From the sequence record PQ351811: a stretch of 64,000 nucleotides of DNA. One strand, written 5' to 3'. The stretch comes from Shigella phage SSG23. The translations under genes and the position numbers were made by a program. Positions within the stretch are counted from its first letter, which is position 1; each line of letters begins with the position of its first letter. This document shows positions 33,142 to 42,173 of the stretch, piece by piece. The notes under the pieces are model-generated. The model did not search any database, was not told where the DNA came from, and was given only the letters and a program-made list of their open reading frames with translations.

Positions 33142-33675
33142 GTGTCTGATTATGTAAACAATAAAGAGCTTTACGAAGAAATTTGTCGTTGGAAACAACG
33201 AATTGCAGCCGAAGGTCGACAAGTGCCAATGAGCAACCAAATCGGCCTAGCAATTATGCAAATCTCTAAAAATCTATCACGGCGTTTTAACTTTTCTGGC
33301 TATAGTCAAACGTGGCGCGAAGAAATGATCGACGATGGAATCGAAGCGGCGGTCAAGGGTTTGATTAATTTTGACGAGACAAAGTATAAAAATCCTCATG
33401 CTTACATTACGCAAGCGTGCTTTAATGCCTTTGTACAGCGCATTAAAAAAGAAAGAACAGCAACCGCCGCAAAATACAAATATTTTGTGCATCATGTGTA
33501 TGACGAACGCGACGCTGATATGTGCCAGATTGCGGATGAGGCATTCATACAGGACATTTACGATAAGATCAACAACTACGAGGAATCGGTCAATAAACCG
33601 AAAGCGCCAAAGGTTGAAGATGTATTGACCGAGGAATTGCCTAGCCTGGACCAATTTTATGAGATTGAAAATTAA
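33142..33675 (+). CDS. 55: late-transcription sigma factor gp55
   Basis: GTG start after GAGGG; [66 protein letters not shown] matches remembered T4 gp55. Confidence 0.9.
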   Translation: MSDYVNNKELYEEICRWKQRIAAEGRQVPMSNQIGLAIMQISKNLSRRFNFSGYSQTWREEMIDDGIEAAVKGLINFDETKYKNPHAYITQACFNAFVQRIKKERTATAAKYKYFVHHVYDERDADMCQIADEAFIQDIYDKINNYEESVNKPKAPKVEDVLTEELPSLDQFYEIEN

Positions 33676-33892
33676 CATTTCCCGTTTGCTGGAAGAAGCA
33701 GAGTTTGAAACTGACCTTGTGCCGTATTTCTCCAAATTATTTTTGAGAGATTGCGGCGTTCCGGTGATTATCGATCCGTGTAATATCAAGTCACCGGATC
33801 TTGAGGTCTTGACGGGTACAATCTCACATAGCTATAATGTATCAGAAGATGAATTTTCTTTAATCATCGACTATATCCCAGAAGGAAAATAA
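33659..33892 (+). CDS. hypothetical protein (overlaps gene 55 end)
   Basis: Track ORF; ATG inside 3-prime end of gene 55 in +1 frame; no SD. Confidence 0.35.
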   Translation: MRLKINISRLLEEAEFETDLVPYFSKLFLRDCGVPVIIDPCNIKSPDLEVLTGTISHSYNVSEDEFSLIIDYIPEGK

Positions 33893-33893
33893 T

Positions 33894-34181
33894 ATGACTC
33901 ACAATGAACAACATGAGCAAATTGCTGTGAATGAAGTAGACAAAGTTCAAGCAGACCTAGAGGCGAAAGCCGCTAAAAAGGCTGGAAAGATCCTGCGTAA
34001 GAACGCGCGAGAGATTGAACGCCTTAAATTGTGGGCTGAAAAGGCTATCATCGATGATAACCGTGATGCGTATATCTACGCTATCGGAAAGTTACGTGAT
34101 ATCTACAAACAGCCACACACGCCAGAACTGCTTTCTGCTATGTGGATTAGTACACGGCAAACGGTATTAAGTATGCTGTAA
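33894..34181 (+). CDS. hypothetical protein
   Basis: Track ORF; SD GAAGGAAAATAATATG. Confidence 0.5.
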   Translation: MTHNEQHEQIAVNEVDKVQADLEAKAAKKAGKILRKNAREIERLKLWAEKAIIDDNRDAYIYAIGKLRDIYKQPHTPELLSAMWISTRQTVLSML

Positions 34182-34192
34182 TGGCTTTATAA

Positions 34193-34228
34193 GGGAGACT
34201 CCGAAAGGGGTTTCCCTTTTTATTTTTC
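34193..34228 (+). terminator. intrinsic terminator
   Basis: GGGAGACTCC-GAAA-GGGGTTTCCC followed by TTTTTATTTTTC. Confidence 0.65.
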
Positions 34229-34271
34229 TATGATATAGTGAGAGCATCGAAAACGAAGAGAGGAAGAGACT

Positions 34272-35297
34272 ATGAAAATTTTGCTTTTGGGTGATCTGCA
34301 TACTGGTATCGGTGGCGATGATCCGTGGGTGCATGAGTATATTTTAGACACGATCAAGAAAGCGGTTGATTATTCTAAAGAAAATGGTATTAAGACATGG
34401 ATTCAAACAGGGGATTGGTTTGATTGCCGCAAGGCGATAACTCATGAAACCATGAAGTTTAACCGTACTAAGGTCATCCCATTACTGGAAGAGGCTGGAA
34501 TTACTTGTTATATCACGGTCGGGAATCATGATATGTTTAAACGAAACAAGATCCAGCCTAACGCACCGCGTGAAGTGTTAAGCCAGTATGATTGCATTAA
34601 GGTCATCGATAAGCCGGAAACAGTTACCTTTGATGGTGTATCGTTTGATCTGTTCCCGTGGTTTTGTGATGATAATAAATCAGAGGTTTTAGAGTTTATT
34701 CAAAATTCATTCAGCGAATATTGTGTAGGCCATTGGGAATTGTCTGGTTACTATTTCTATAAAGGTCTAAAATCCGAAGGTTATAGCGCGGACTTCCTCA
34801 AGAAATACCGTGAAGTGTTTTCCGGTCACTTTCATACTATCAGTGATGGCGGTAACGTAACGTATATTGGCACACCATACACACTAACGGCGGGTGACGA
34901 AAACGATCCGCGTGGTTTTTGGGTATTCGATACCGATACACACAAAAAAGAGTTTATCCAGAATGATAAAACATATCATGTGCGTATCACTTACCCGTCA
35001 GATGATAAAATCGACGTAGAACGCTATAAGGGGCTTAGTGTGCGTCTTATCGCAACGGTCGCTGATAATGGGTTAACTAAGTTAGAAAGCGCGTTAGAAG
35101 CCGTTGTGCATAAGCTAAAAGTGGTCCATAAGCTGGAGAGTAGCGCATCACAGGAAACAGGTGTTATTGAAGTTAAAAGCACTATTCAGATGGTCTATGA
35201 ATATCTGGAAGAACAAAACCTAGAACCGGAAGAACTTGCGGCAGTTAAGCGCATCTCTGATGAACTTTTAGCCGAAGTAAATAGCGCAAAAAGTTAG
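34272..35297 (+). CDS. 47: recombination endonuclease subunit gp47 (Mre11/SbcD-like)
   Basis: Phosphoesterase motifs LLLGDLHTG, GDWFD, GNHD, GHWE, GHFH; close to remembered T4 gp47. Confidence 0.9.
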   Translation: MKILLLGDLHTGIGGDDPWVHEYILDTIKKAVDYSKENGIKTWIQTGDWFDCRKAITHETMKFNRTKVIPLLEEAGITCYITVGNHDMFKRNKIQPNAPREVLSQYDCIKVIDKPETVTFDGVSFDLFPWFCDDNKSEVLEFIQNSFSEYCVGHWELSGYYFYKGLKSEGYSADFLKKYREVFSGHFHTISDGGNVTYIGTPYTLTAGDENDPRGFWVFDTDTHKKEFIQNDKTYHVRITYPSDDKIDVERYKGLSVRLIATVADNGLTKLESALEAVVHKLKVVHKLESSASQETGVIEVKSTIQMVYEYLEEQNLEPEELAAVKRISDELLAEVNSAKS

Positions 35298-35326
35298 TTG
35301 ACGCGGGGAGAAATCCCCGTTATACT
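35298..35326 (+). promoter_or_regulatory. sigma70-like early promoter
   Basis: TTGACG then spacer with CGGGGA-GAAA-TCCCCG hairpin then TATACT. Confidence 0.6.
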
Positions 35327-35350
35327 CTCTAAAAATTGATGGAGGTTATT

Positions 35351-35602
35351 ATGATTACTGATGCACTGAAAGAATTTAACGCAAGTTTAGAGAAGTTCAC
35401 TAAGATCCGAGTTTTTGAGGTTGTTCGGAATGGTCAACATATGCTATCCTTCCGTTCTAACTACGGGATGTGGACACATGACGAAATCCCGTTTGATCGT
35501 GATAATATCACTAGACTGGAACTAGCAACCATTGTATCCCGTAAGATTGCTGATATTACCCAGAATGTTATTGCGCGTGGGTCTATGGAGTCTGTACGAT
35601 GA
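35351..35602 (+). CDS. hypothetical protein
   Basis: Track ORF 35336..35602, ATG 35351 after GGAGGTT SD. Confidence 0.5.
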   Translation: MITDALKEFNASLEKFTKIRVFEVVRNGQHMLSFRSNYGMWTHDEIPFDRDNITRLELATIVSRKIADITQNVIARGSMESVR

Positions 35603-35916
35603 AAACACTTGCACAAAAAGTAATGGAATTTAATGCAGCGTTGCCTATGTTCGCTCGACGTAAGGGGATCTCCGTTGATGTATGGTATTCCAAAGAGCAT
35701 GAAGAAGTTCGGATGATGCTCGAAAAGCGACTCACTGACACTACCGTTAAGTGTAAGATTCGTTCTATTCCTCGCGAGGAAATAGAATTTGATGAAAGCT
35801 ATTACTTTACGCTGCGTCATGTGCTGAAACAAGCAATGGATGAACTTTTAGAAGACCTGAAACAATATGAGATTGAAGGGGGAACATATTATGAATATGA
35901 CTATGGTCGAGGCTGA
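35599..35916 (+). CDS. hypothetical protein
   Basis: Track ORF; ATGA overlap. Confidence 0.5.
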   Translation: MKTLAQKVMEFNAALPMFARRKGISVDVWYSKEHEEVRMMLEKRLTDTTVKCKIRSIPREEIEFDESYYFTLRHVLKQAMDELLEDLKQYEIEGGTYYEYDYGRG

Positions 35917-36463
35917 TTCTGATTCGCTGGTAATGGAACATTTTATTGAATTGGTACACACATACACAATAAAACAATCATATCACAAGAATCCGATCTA
36001 TGGCTATCTGAAAGCGCGTATTGCTAAAATGTGGGGTCAGCCAGTGGTTAAGATGTGGTATGATGACGGTTATCGTCGTTACCTTAAAGTTATTCATCCA
36101 CAGGATTTGATGGTAACTATGGACATTGGCGACTTTGTAAAAGACAAAGTAGAATCCATTATTAAGAGTGTGGTTGGTGAATATAATCCGATTGTATATG
36201 GTGCTTTCGTCCAGTGGATACAATCCAGCAAGTATTATTTTCCGAATACTCCATTGACGCTAACAGGTTGGATCTCTGTCATGCATAGCGGTGTATTCCT
36301 GGAAGCGTCAGAGACAATGTACAAGGGATATATTCTCCCGCATCGACTGGTGAAATGTGATCACCGCTTGACTGTAGGTGAATTTCGCGATATTCTGGAA
36401 CAGCAAGCGGAAGACCTGCAAGGTGAAATTGAAGAATTTTTAGAGGAACATAAACTAAAATGA
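35891..36463 (+). CDS. hypothetical protein
   Basis: Track ORF 35867..36463, ATG 35891 after AGGGGG SD. Confidence 0.5.
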   Translation: MNMTMVEADSDSLVMEHFIELVHTYTIKQSYHKNPIYGYLKARIAKMWGQPVVKMWYDDGYRRYLKVIHPQDLMVTMDIGDFVKDKVESIIKSVVGEYNPIVYGAFVQWIQSSKYYFPNTPLTLTGWISVMHSGVFLEASETMYKGYILPHRLVKCDHRLTVGEFRDILEQQAEDLQGEIEEFLEEHKLK

Positions 36464-36723
36464 TTCTATCGATGACCTACCTTAGACATAGGGTTATAGA
36501 AGGTCTTCGCGAATATCTGGCATTGAATAAAGGGATTTACATTGATCCCTTTATGACATATGATCCGGCGACACTGGATTATGTGGTCATGTTGCCAGAT
36601 CGCAGAGACACACTAGTTAAAGTGAAGGCGGCAAGTGTTTACAACATTGATGAAGATGTGTTAGCATTTAATATTATGGAATGTGTGATCGCGGAGTGGA
36701 TTAATGGCAAAGTTAAATTTTAA
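36460..36723 (+). CDS. hypothetical protein
   Basis: Track ORF; ATGA overlap. Confidence 0.5.
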   Translation: MILSMTYLRHRVIEGLREYLALNKGIYIDPFMTYDPATLDYVVMLPDRRDTLVKVKAASVYNIDEDVLAFNIMECVIAEWINGKVKF

Positions 36724-38386
36724 AACCTTGCGCTATCAGAATATAATGAGCGTAGGTGCTGAACCTGTAGAGATTCAGCTAGACGGATTCAAAAAGACAC
36801 TAATCACTGGTGTTAACGGTGCTGGTAAATCAACAATGATCGAGGCGCTTTGCTTTGTATTGTTTGGTAAACCGTTTCGTAGTATCAAGAAAGGCCAATT
36901 GATTAACAGCGTCAACAAAAAGAAACTGTTAGTCGAAGTCTGGTTTGAACTGGACGGGAAAGAATTTTATATTAAACGTGGTCAAAAGCCGGAAGTATTC
37001 GAAGTGCATCGCGACGGTCAAAAGATCGACGAGAGCGCGAGCACCAAAGACTTTCAGGAATATTTTGAAGGTATCATAGGCATGAACCTAGCCAGCTTTA
37101 AGCAGATTGTTGTTTTAGGCACTGCTGGTTATGTTCCGTTTATGAGTCTTCCGGCAGCGGGTCGCCGTAAGCTGGTCGAGGATTTGCTTGATATTGCCAC
37201 ATTAGGAGAAATGGACAAGCTGAATAAAGCGTATGTGCGCGAGATTACCCAGAATATCCAAATGCAGGAAATGAAAGCTAATCACGTTCAGCAACAAATC
37301 AACACTCATAAAAAGTACATAGAAGACGCTAGCAAGGCGAGTGCCGAGAATCTCCAGCGTTTACAGAATATGTATGATAAAGAGGTAGAATCGGCTAAAG
37401 CATTTAAAGCCGAAGAAACGCGCTTGACCGATGAGCTATTGGCTGTTGTTATGCCGGAAGATCCCAGCGCGGCATTGGCTAAAATTAATACGGCTATCGC
37501 ACAGATTGGTGCACAGATCCAGAACTTTGACCGTGTTATCCATATGCACGAGAAAGGCGGGGTTTGTCCTACGTGTACACAACCGATCATTCAGGGTAAT
37601 GATCATGCTGTACGCGAACAAAAAGCACAAGCAGAACATAAGCTGTCTCTGATTGACGAGAAACGCGTAGAATACGCAGAGAAAGCCAATTCTTTCCAGA
37701 CAGCACAAACTAAGGTCTTGGAAATTAAACGCGCTATAGAGTCACAGAGAGCGAATTTAACGGCATCTGTAGGTCGGGCTAAACAGATCCAGAAAGCAAT
37801 TCAGGAATTACAAAAAGAAAGGGTTGACAATTCCGAAGAACTTGCTAAACTGGAGCACGAACTGGTAGAGATTACCAATGAAAAATCAAAACTAGTTCTT
37901 GAAAAATATCATCGTGGATTTGTAACAGAAATGTTGAAGGATTCCGGTGTTAAGGCGTCTATCGTCAAGAAATATATTCCATATTTCAATGATCGAATTG
38001 CTTATTATCTGGAGATCATGGAAGCGGATTATATCTTTACGCTAGATGAAGAGTTTAACGAAACAATCAAATCACGGGGGCGTGAATCGTTTTCGTATAC
38101 ATCATTCAGTCAAGGCGAAAAAGCACGTATTGATCTTGCGATGCTCTTTACATGGCGTGATGTTGCTGGTAAAGTATCTGGTACTAATATCTCTTTGTTG
38201 GTACTCGATGAAATTTATGATGGGGCTACTGACGTTCAAGGCGTAAAAGCACTTGATTCCATCATTGACAAGTTAGATGATAACGTGTATATTATCAGCC
38301 ATCGTGACCATAACCCTGATGATTTTAGCCGTCATCTCAAGATGGTTAAACGTGGGCGATTCACTGAAATGAATGTTAACATTTGA
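36704..38386 (+). CDS. 46: recombination endonuclease subunit gp46 (Rad50/SbcC-like ATPase)
   Basis: Walker A GVNGAGKST, coiled-coil with CPTC zinc hook, signature FSQGEKARIDLA, Walker B LVLDE. Confidence 0.92.
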   Translation: MAKLNFKTLRYQNIMSVGAEPVEIQLDGFKKTLITGVNGAGKSTMIEALCFVLFGKPFRSIKKGQLINSVNKKKLLVEVWFELDGKEFYIKRGQKPEVFEVHRDGQKIDESASTKDFQEYFEGIIGMNLASFKQIVVLGTAGYVPFMSLPAAGRRKLVEDLLDIATLGEMDKLNKAYVREITQNIQMQEMKANHVQQQINTHKKYIEDASKASAENLQRLQNMYDKEVESAKAFKAEETRLTDELLAVVMPEDPSAALAKINTAIAQIGAQIQNFDRVIHMHEKGGVCPTCTQPIIQGNDHAVREQKAQAEHKLSLIDEKRVEYAEKANSFQTAQTKVLEIKRAIESQRANLTASVGRAKQIQKAIQELQKERVDNSEELAKLEHELVEITNEKSKLVLEKYHRGFVTEMLKDSGVKASIVKKYIPYFNDRIAYYLEIMEADYIFTLDEEFNETIKSRGRESFSYTSFSQGEKARIDLAMLFTWRDVAGKVSGTNISLLVLDEIYDGATDVQGVKALDSIIDKLDDNVYIISHRDHNPDDFSRHLKMVKRGRFTEMNVNI

Positions 38387-38603
38387 CAGAGTAACGCAGC
38401 CGGAGTTAGAATTGTATACATTAATCAATCTATATTCCGGTGAAGAATATGTAGTTAGTATGGGGGATATGAAAAACAGCATATACAGCGATGCAGACAT
38501 AACAAAAATGTTGTCTTGTCGTCATCATGAGTTTATGCTGGTCCCCAACTTTGATAAACTTGATTACCCTGATGCTGGGGTTGCAACAAACTTTAGAACG
38601 TGA
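38373..38603 (+). CDS. hypothetical protein (start uncertain)
   Basis: Track ORF overlapping gene 46 end; alternative internal ATG after GGGGG. Confidence 0.3.
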   Translation: MLTFDRVTQPELELYTLINLYSGEEYVVSMGDMKNSIYSDADITKMLSCRHHEFMLVPNFDKLDYPDAGVATNFRT

Positions 38604-38633
38604 TATACTGATTTTATTTTGGAGATTAATATT

Positions 38634-39011
38634 ATGACTACTTCCGCAAACCTGGCTAAAATTACCGTAGCAGACATTCAGAACAAGAAAACCAGTCTCG
38701 AATTTGACCGAGCAATGAACAAGATCCGTAAAGCGTGGGTACTTCAAATGCCGGAAAGCGAGAAAGCTAAAATGAAGGTTATCCCACAGCAAGCACGCTT
38801 TGAACTATACGCGCATATTGATGATATGGTGCAAAAAGAATGGATCGCGGCAATGCGCAAGTATTACGATGATTCAATTGCTAAAGGCGCTAAAACTATT
38901 CGAGGTAAAGATATTCTCGAAAAGGGTTATCAGATTGACACTGATGAACTGCTGATTGAAGCCGCTAGCGCAGTAGTAACTCGTCTAATCGCAATTGCTG
39001 ATGGGAAGTGA
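38634..39011 (+). CDS. rpbA: RNA polymerase-binding protein RpbA-like
   Basis: Track ORF 38619..39011, ATG 38634 after GGAGATTAATATTATG; position between 46 and 45 as T4 rpbA. Confidence 0.55.
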   Translation: MTTSANLAKITVADIQNKKTSLEFDRAMNKIRKAWVLQMPESEKAKMKVIPQQARFELYAHIDDMVQKEWIAAMRKYYDDSIAKGAKTIRGKDILEKGYQIDTDELLIEAASAVVTRLIAIADGK

Positions 39012-39015
39012 TAGA

Positions 39016-39393
39016 ATGAAACGTATGAGCCTAAAAGAACAATTAATGTTTATCGAACTTGACTATAAACTATTCCCGATACCGTTTGATTATGTCAAAC
39101 GTGGCAGTGTGGTTAATTTTGATATTGGAACCGATAGCAACATTTGGCATTTTGTTGTTGATGAGTTTGTTGATAATGTGATTCGTCGTAAACTTGCTTT
39201 TGAACCTTGCGGTGATCTGGTATATCTCGAAGGCAAGAAGACCGCAAAGAACCCTGTTACTGTCTATGCTCTGCAACAATACTTGACAGCATATATTGGA
39301 TTCAGATATACTCATACTATTGATGAGAAAGCTGCGGAAAACTTCCAAAACAAAATGCTCAAGATTCGTAACGAACACGAAGTAAACCCGTAA
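39016..39393 (+). CDS. hypothetical protein
   Basis: Track ORF 38995..39393, ATG 39016 after GGAAGTGATAGAATG. Confidence 0.5.
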   Translation: MKRMSLKEQLMFIELDYKLFPIPFDYVKRGSVVNFDIGTDSNIWHFVVDEFVDNVIRRKLAFEPCGDLVYLEGKKTAKNPVTVYALQQYLTAYIGFRYTHTIDEKAAENFQNKMLKIRNEHEVNP

Positions 39394-39423
39394 TTAATTG
39401 ATTAACATGATAAAGGTGATTTG

Positions 39424-40110
39424 ATGAAACTGACTAAAGAAACTATTGCTACTCTGAAAAACTTTTCCGCTATTAACCCAGGTATCATCCTGAAAAAAGG
39501 AAATGTGCTGATCACCAAAAACATGACAAACGTTGTATATGGTGAAGCGACTCTGAATCAAGAACTGGAACACGAAATTGGGATCTATGATCTTAACTCT
39601 TTCCTGGGTATTCTGAATCTGGTAGGCGATGAAGCAGATATTACGGTTGATAACCGCACTGGAAACATTCGTGTGTCTAACGATCGTCTGAAAATTAACT
39701 ATCCTGGTGCTAGTGCTGCCGCTATCGTATCACCGAAAGGCCGAGTTACTCCACCTGCAAGCGATGTAGATTACGAACTGAGCAACGACGATCTGAAACA
39801 GCTTATGAAAATGAGCAATCAGCTTAAAGTGGACCGCCTTGAATTTCTACCGATTGATGGTCGTCTGATGATCAAAGGCTGGGAAGAGATTGACAAAAAC
39901 AATCCTAATGAGATGTTTTGTCTTGACATGGGCGAATATACCGGAACCGCCGACTTCCATTTCTTTATTCGTAAAGACAACATGAAACTGGTTGCTACTG
40001 ACTTCGGCGATTACAAACTGAGCTTCACTCGCCGTAAGGCTGTATGGCTGGCAAGTGAAACCGTGTCTTACATGATCGCGTGTGACCTTGACTCCAGCTA
40101 CACCGACTAA
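39424..40110 (+). CDS. 45: sliding clamp gp45
   Basis: MKLTKETIATLKNFSAINPGIILKKG... matches remembered T4 gp45 N-terminus; 228 aa; SD AAAGGTGA. Confidence 0.9.
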   Translation: MKLTKETIATLKNFSAINPGIILKKGNVLITKNMTNVVYGEATLNQELEHEIGIYDLNSFLGILNLVGDEADITVDNRTGNIRVSNDRLKINYPGASAAAIVSPKGRVTPPASDVDYELSNDDLKQLMKMSNQLKVDRLEFLPIDGRLMIKGWEEIDKNNPNEMFCLDMGEYTGTADFHFFIRKDNMKLVATDFGDYKLSFTRRKAVWLASETVSYMIACDLDSSYTD

Positions 40111-40123
40111 TATAATGTTTGTG

Positions 40124-40146
40124 GGGAGTGTAAATACTCCCTTTTT
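40124..40146 (+). terminator. hairpin plus T-run (candidate attenuator between genes 45 and 44)
   Basis: GGGAGT-GTAAAT-ACTCCC followed by TTTTTAATG. Confidence 0.4.
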
Positions 40147-40174
40147 AATGATGTAATTTGTGAGAGGTGATTAT

Positions 40175-41149
40175 ATGCTGAGTGTTAATGAAAATGAGTT
40201 TCAGTGGGAACAGAAATACCGTCCGAAATCAATTTCTGAATGTATTCTGCCGGAAGCAGATAAAAAGATCTTCGCGCAGATCGTTAAACAAGGCCGAATC
40301 CCTTCAATGATTCTGCATAGCCCATCGCCGGGTACTGGTAAAACAACCGTTGCTAAGGCGCTTTGTGAAGATGTGGGTGTTGATTATCTGTTTGTTAACG
40401 GCGCAGATTGTAAGATTGACTTTATCCGCGATGAGATTACACGCTTTGCGCAGAGTGTATCACTCGATGAAGAAAAACGAGAAAAAGGCAAAGTTGTTAT
40501 TATCGATGAGTATGACCGAGCGGGGCTGGCTGATGCTCAAAGACACTTGCGTAGTTTCTCTGAGGCATACTCAAACAATGTGACATTCATTATCACAGCA
40601 AACGATCTAGAAGGTATTATCCCAGCGTTGAGATCTCGATTTGATCCAATCACGTTTGGATCTCCGACTAAAGATGATCAGCTTCGCATGATGAAAGAAA
40701 TGATCGTCCGGTGTAAAGCAATTCTTGATAAAGAAGGTGTTCCAGTAGAAGAAATGCGCGTATTGGCGGAACTGGTTAAGCAGAACTTCCCAGATTTCCG
40801 GCGCGTAATGAAACTTTTGGACCGTTACGCAAAACACGGTAAAATTGATGCTGGCGTATTGAGCATGGTTATCGAAAGTAGCAATACCGAAGTAACCGAT
40901 GTGGTGGAAGCACTTAAAACTAAACAGTTTGCTAATGTGCGTAAACTTGCGCCACGATATACCAATACATACGCTCAATTTGTCAAGAAACTTTATAATG
41001 AGTTGTATACTCAAGTTAAGCCAGCGTCGATTATTCGTCTCACTGAGATCATCGGTGAAAATAATCAGATGTTTGCACACGCGGCTGATAAAGAGATTCA
41101 CATTGTCTTTTTGTTAATGCAATTAATGGTTGAATTGGAGTTCGTATAA
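40175..41149 (+). CDS. 44: clamp loader large subunit gp44 (AAA+)
   Basis: Walker A SPSPGTGKTT, Walker B VVIIDEYD; ATG 40175 after GAGAGGTG. Confidence 0.9.
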   Translation: MLSVNENEFQWEQKYRPKSISECILPEADKKIFAQIVKQGRIPSMILHSPSPGTGKTTVAKALCEDVGVDYLFVNGADCKIDFIRDEITRFAQSVSLDEEKREKGKVVIIDEYDRAGLADAQRHLRSFSEAYSNNVTFIITANDLEGIIPALRSRFDPITFGSPTKDDQLRMMKEMIVRCKAILDKEGVPVEEMRVLAELVKQNFPDFRRVMKLLDRYAKHGKIDAGVLSMVIESSNTEVTDVVEALKTKQFANVRKLAPRYTNTYAQFVKKLYNELYTQVKPASIIRLTEIIGENNQMFAHAADKEIHIVFLLMQLMVELEFV

Positions 41150-41727
41150 TGTTAGGTCAATTTTTCGGTGAAGATGATACACAATTAAACGAGCATGAAA
41201 TTGCATGGCGCTCTCGTGATTGGGAAAAGGTGTCTGAACTAGCGGACACATTCACCGAGAAAACCGACAATGCATTATTTGCTCTGATGGATCATATCAC
41301 CTTAGATAAACAGCGCGTTAATGTGGGAAACAATTCTGCATATAACCAGAGATGGATTAACACCGCTCTTTCCCAGCACGCAGATTGTCTATATAGCGCG
41401 TATGTGATGAATTTAATCGGTCATGGCCTCCCAGATCAAATGCATTTTGATTATCTCTTACAGAGTATTTCTAAGGGGAAACGATACGGTAAATGGGCTA
41501 AACTAACAGAAGAATTGGACCAAAAATTGGTTTTAATGGCAGTGGCGAAAGCATATTGTGTAAATATGGATGACGCCCGGTTTTATCTCGATTTGGCTAA
41601 TGAAAAGGGATATATGGACAAGTTATTGAAGCACATTAAACCGTATGCGACCGATGAACTTTTGGCGGGTGTTACTAAGAATCAGACAGAAAGGAAACGA
41701 CTTAAAAAGATTATAGAAAGGTGGTAA
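41149..41727 (+). CDS. 62: clamp loader small subunit gp62
   Basis: ATGA overlap with gene 44 stop; position and size match T4 gp62. Confidence 0.8.
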   Translation: MLGQFFGEDDTQLNEHEIAWRSRDWEKVSELADTFTEKTDNALFALMDHITLDKQRVNVGNNSAYNQRWINTALSQHADCLYSAYVMNLIGHGLPDQMHFDYLLQSISKGKRYGKWAKLTEELDQKLVLMAVAKAYCVNMDDARFYLDLANEKGYMDKLLKHIKPYATDELLAGVTKNQTERKRLKKIIERW

Positions 41728-41728
41728 A

Positions 41729-42091
41729 ATGATTGAAATTAATTTGATTAATCCTGAAAACTTCCTTAAAATTAAGGAGACTTTAACCCGCTGCGGCATT
41801 GCCAACAATCGAGACAAGACGCTGTATCAGTCTTGTCATATTCTCCAGAAGAAGGGGCGTTATTACATCGTTCATTTCAAGGAGTTGTTGAAATTAGATG
41901 GTCGTAGTGTTAAAATGACGTGGGAAGATGAATTACGCCGTAATAACATTGCAAAACTTCTTGCGCAGTGGAATCTATGCACCCTGATTGATAGTGATTT
42001 TGAAACTACCGAAGTTAATAATTTCCGCGTACTGTCTTTTAAACAGAAAGAAGAGTGGACGCTGATCGAGAAATATCAGATCGGACGCTAA
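41729..42091 (+). CDS. regA: translational repressor RegA
   Basis: KETLTRCGIANNRDKTLYQSCHILQKKGRYYIVHFKE..NNFRVLSFKQKEEW matches remembered T4 RegA. Confidence 0.88.
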   Translation: MIEINLINPENFLKIKETLTRCGIANNRDKTLYQSCHILQKKGRYYIVHFKELLKLDGRSVKMTWEDELRRNNIAKLLAQWNLCTLIDSDFETTEVNNFRVLSFKQKEEWTLIEKYQIGR

Positions 42092-42112
42092 GATACTGAT
42101 GGGATAGGGGTG

Positions 42113-42141
42113 TTGACAAACTAGTTCGACTCCCCTATAAT
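42113..42141 (+). promoter_or_regulatory. sigma70-consensus promoter upstream of gene 43
   Basis: TTGACA-17-TATAAT. Confidence 0.7.
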
Positions 42142-42173
42142 GAGTGTCTTTCGTAAGTGAAGGAGTTTATATT

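Noticed and set aside
42144-42173. Upstream-extended starts proposed by the ORF track (42144 for gene 43; also 57330, 55259, 51176, 27840, 22031, 10927)
   Set aside because: The extensions begin at GTG/TTG codons inside promoters or leaders and lack an SD; the downstream ATG with a GGAG or GAGG SD at 5-9 nt was preferred.
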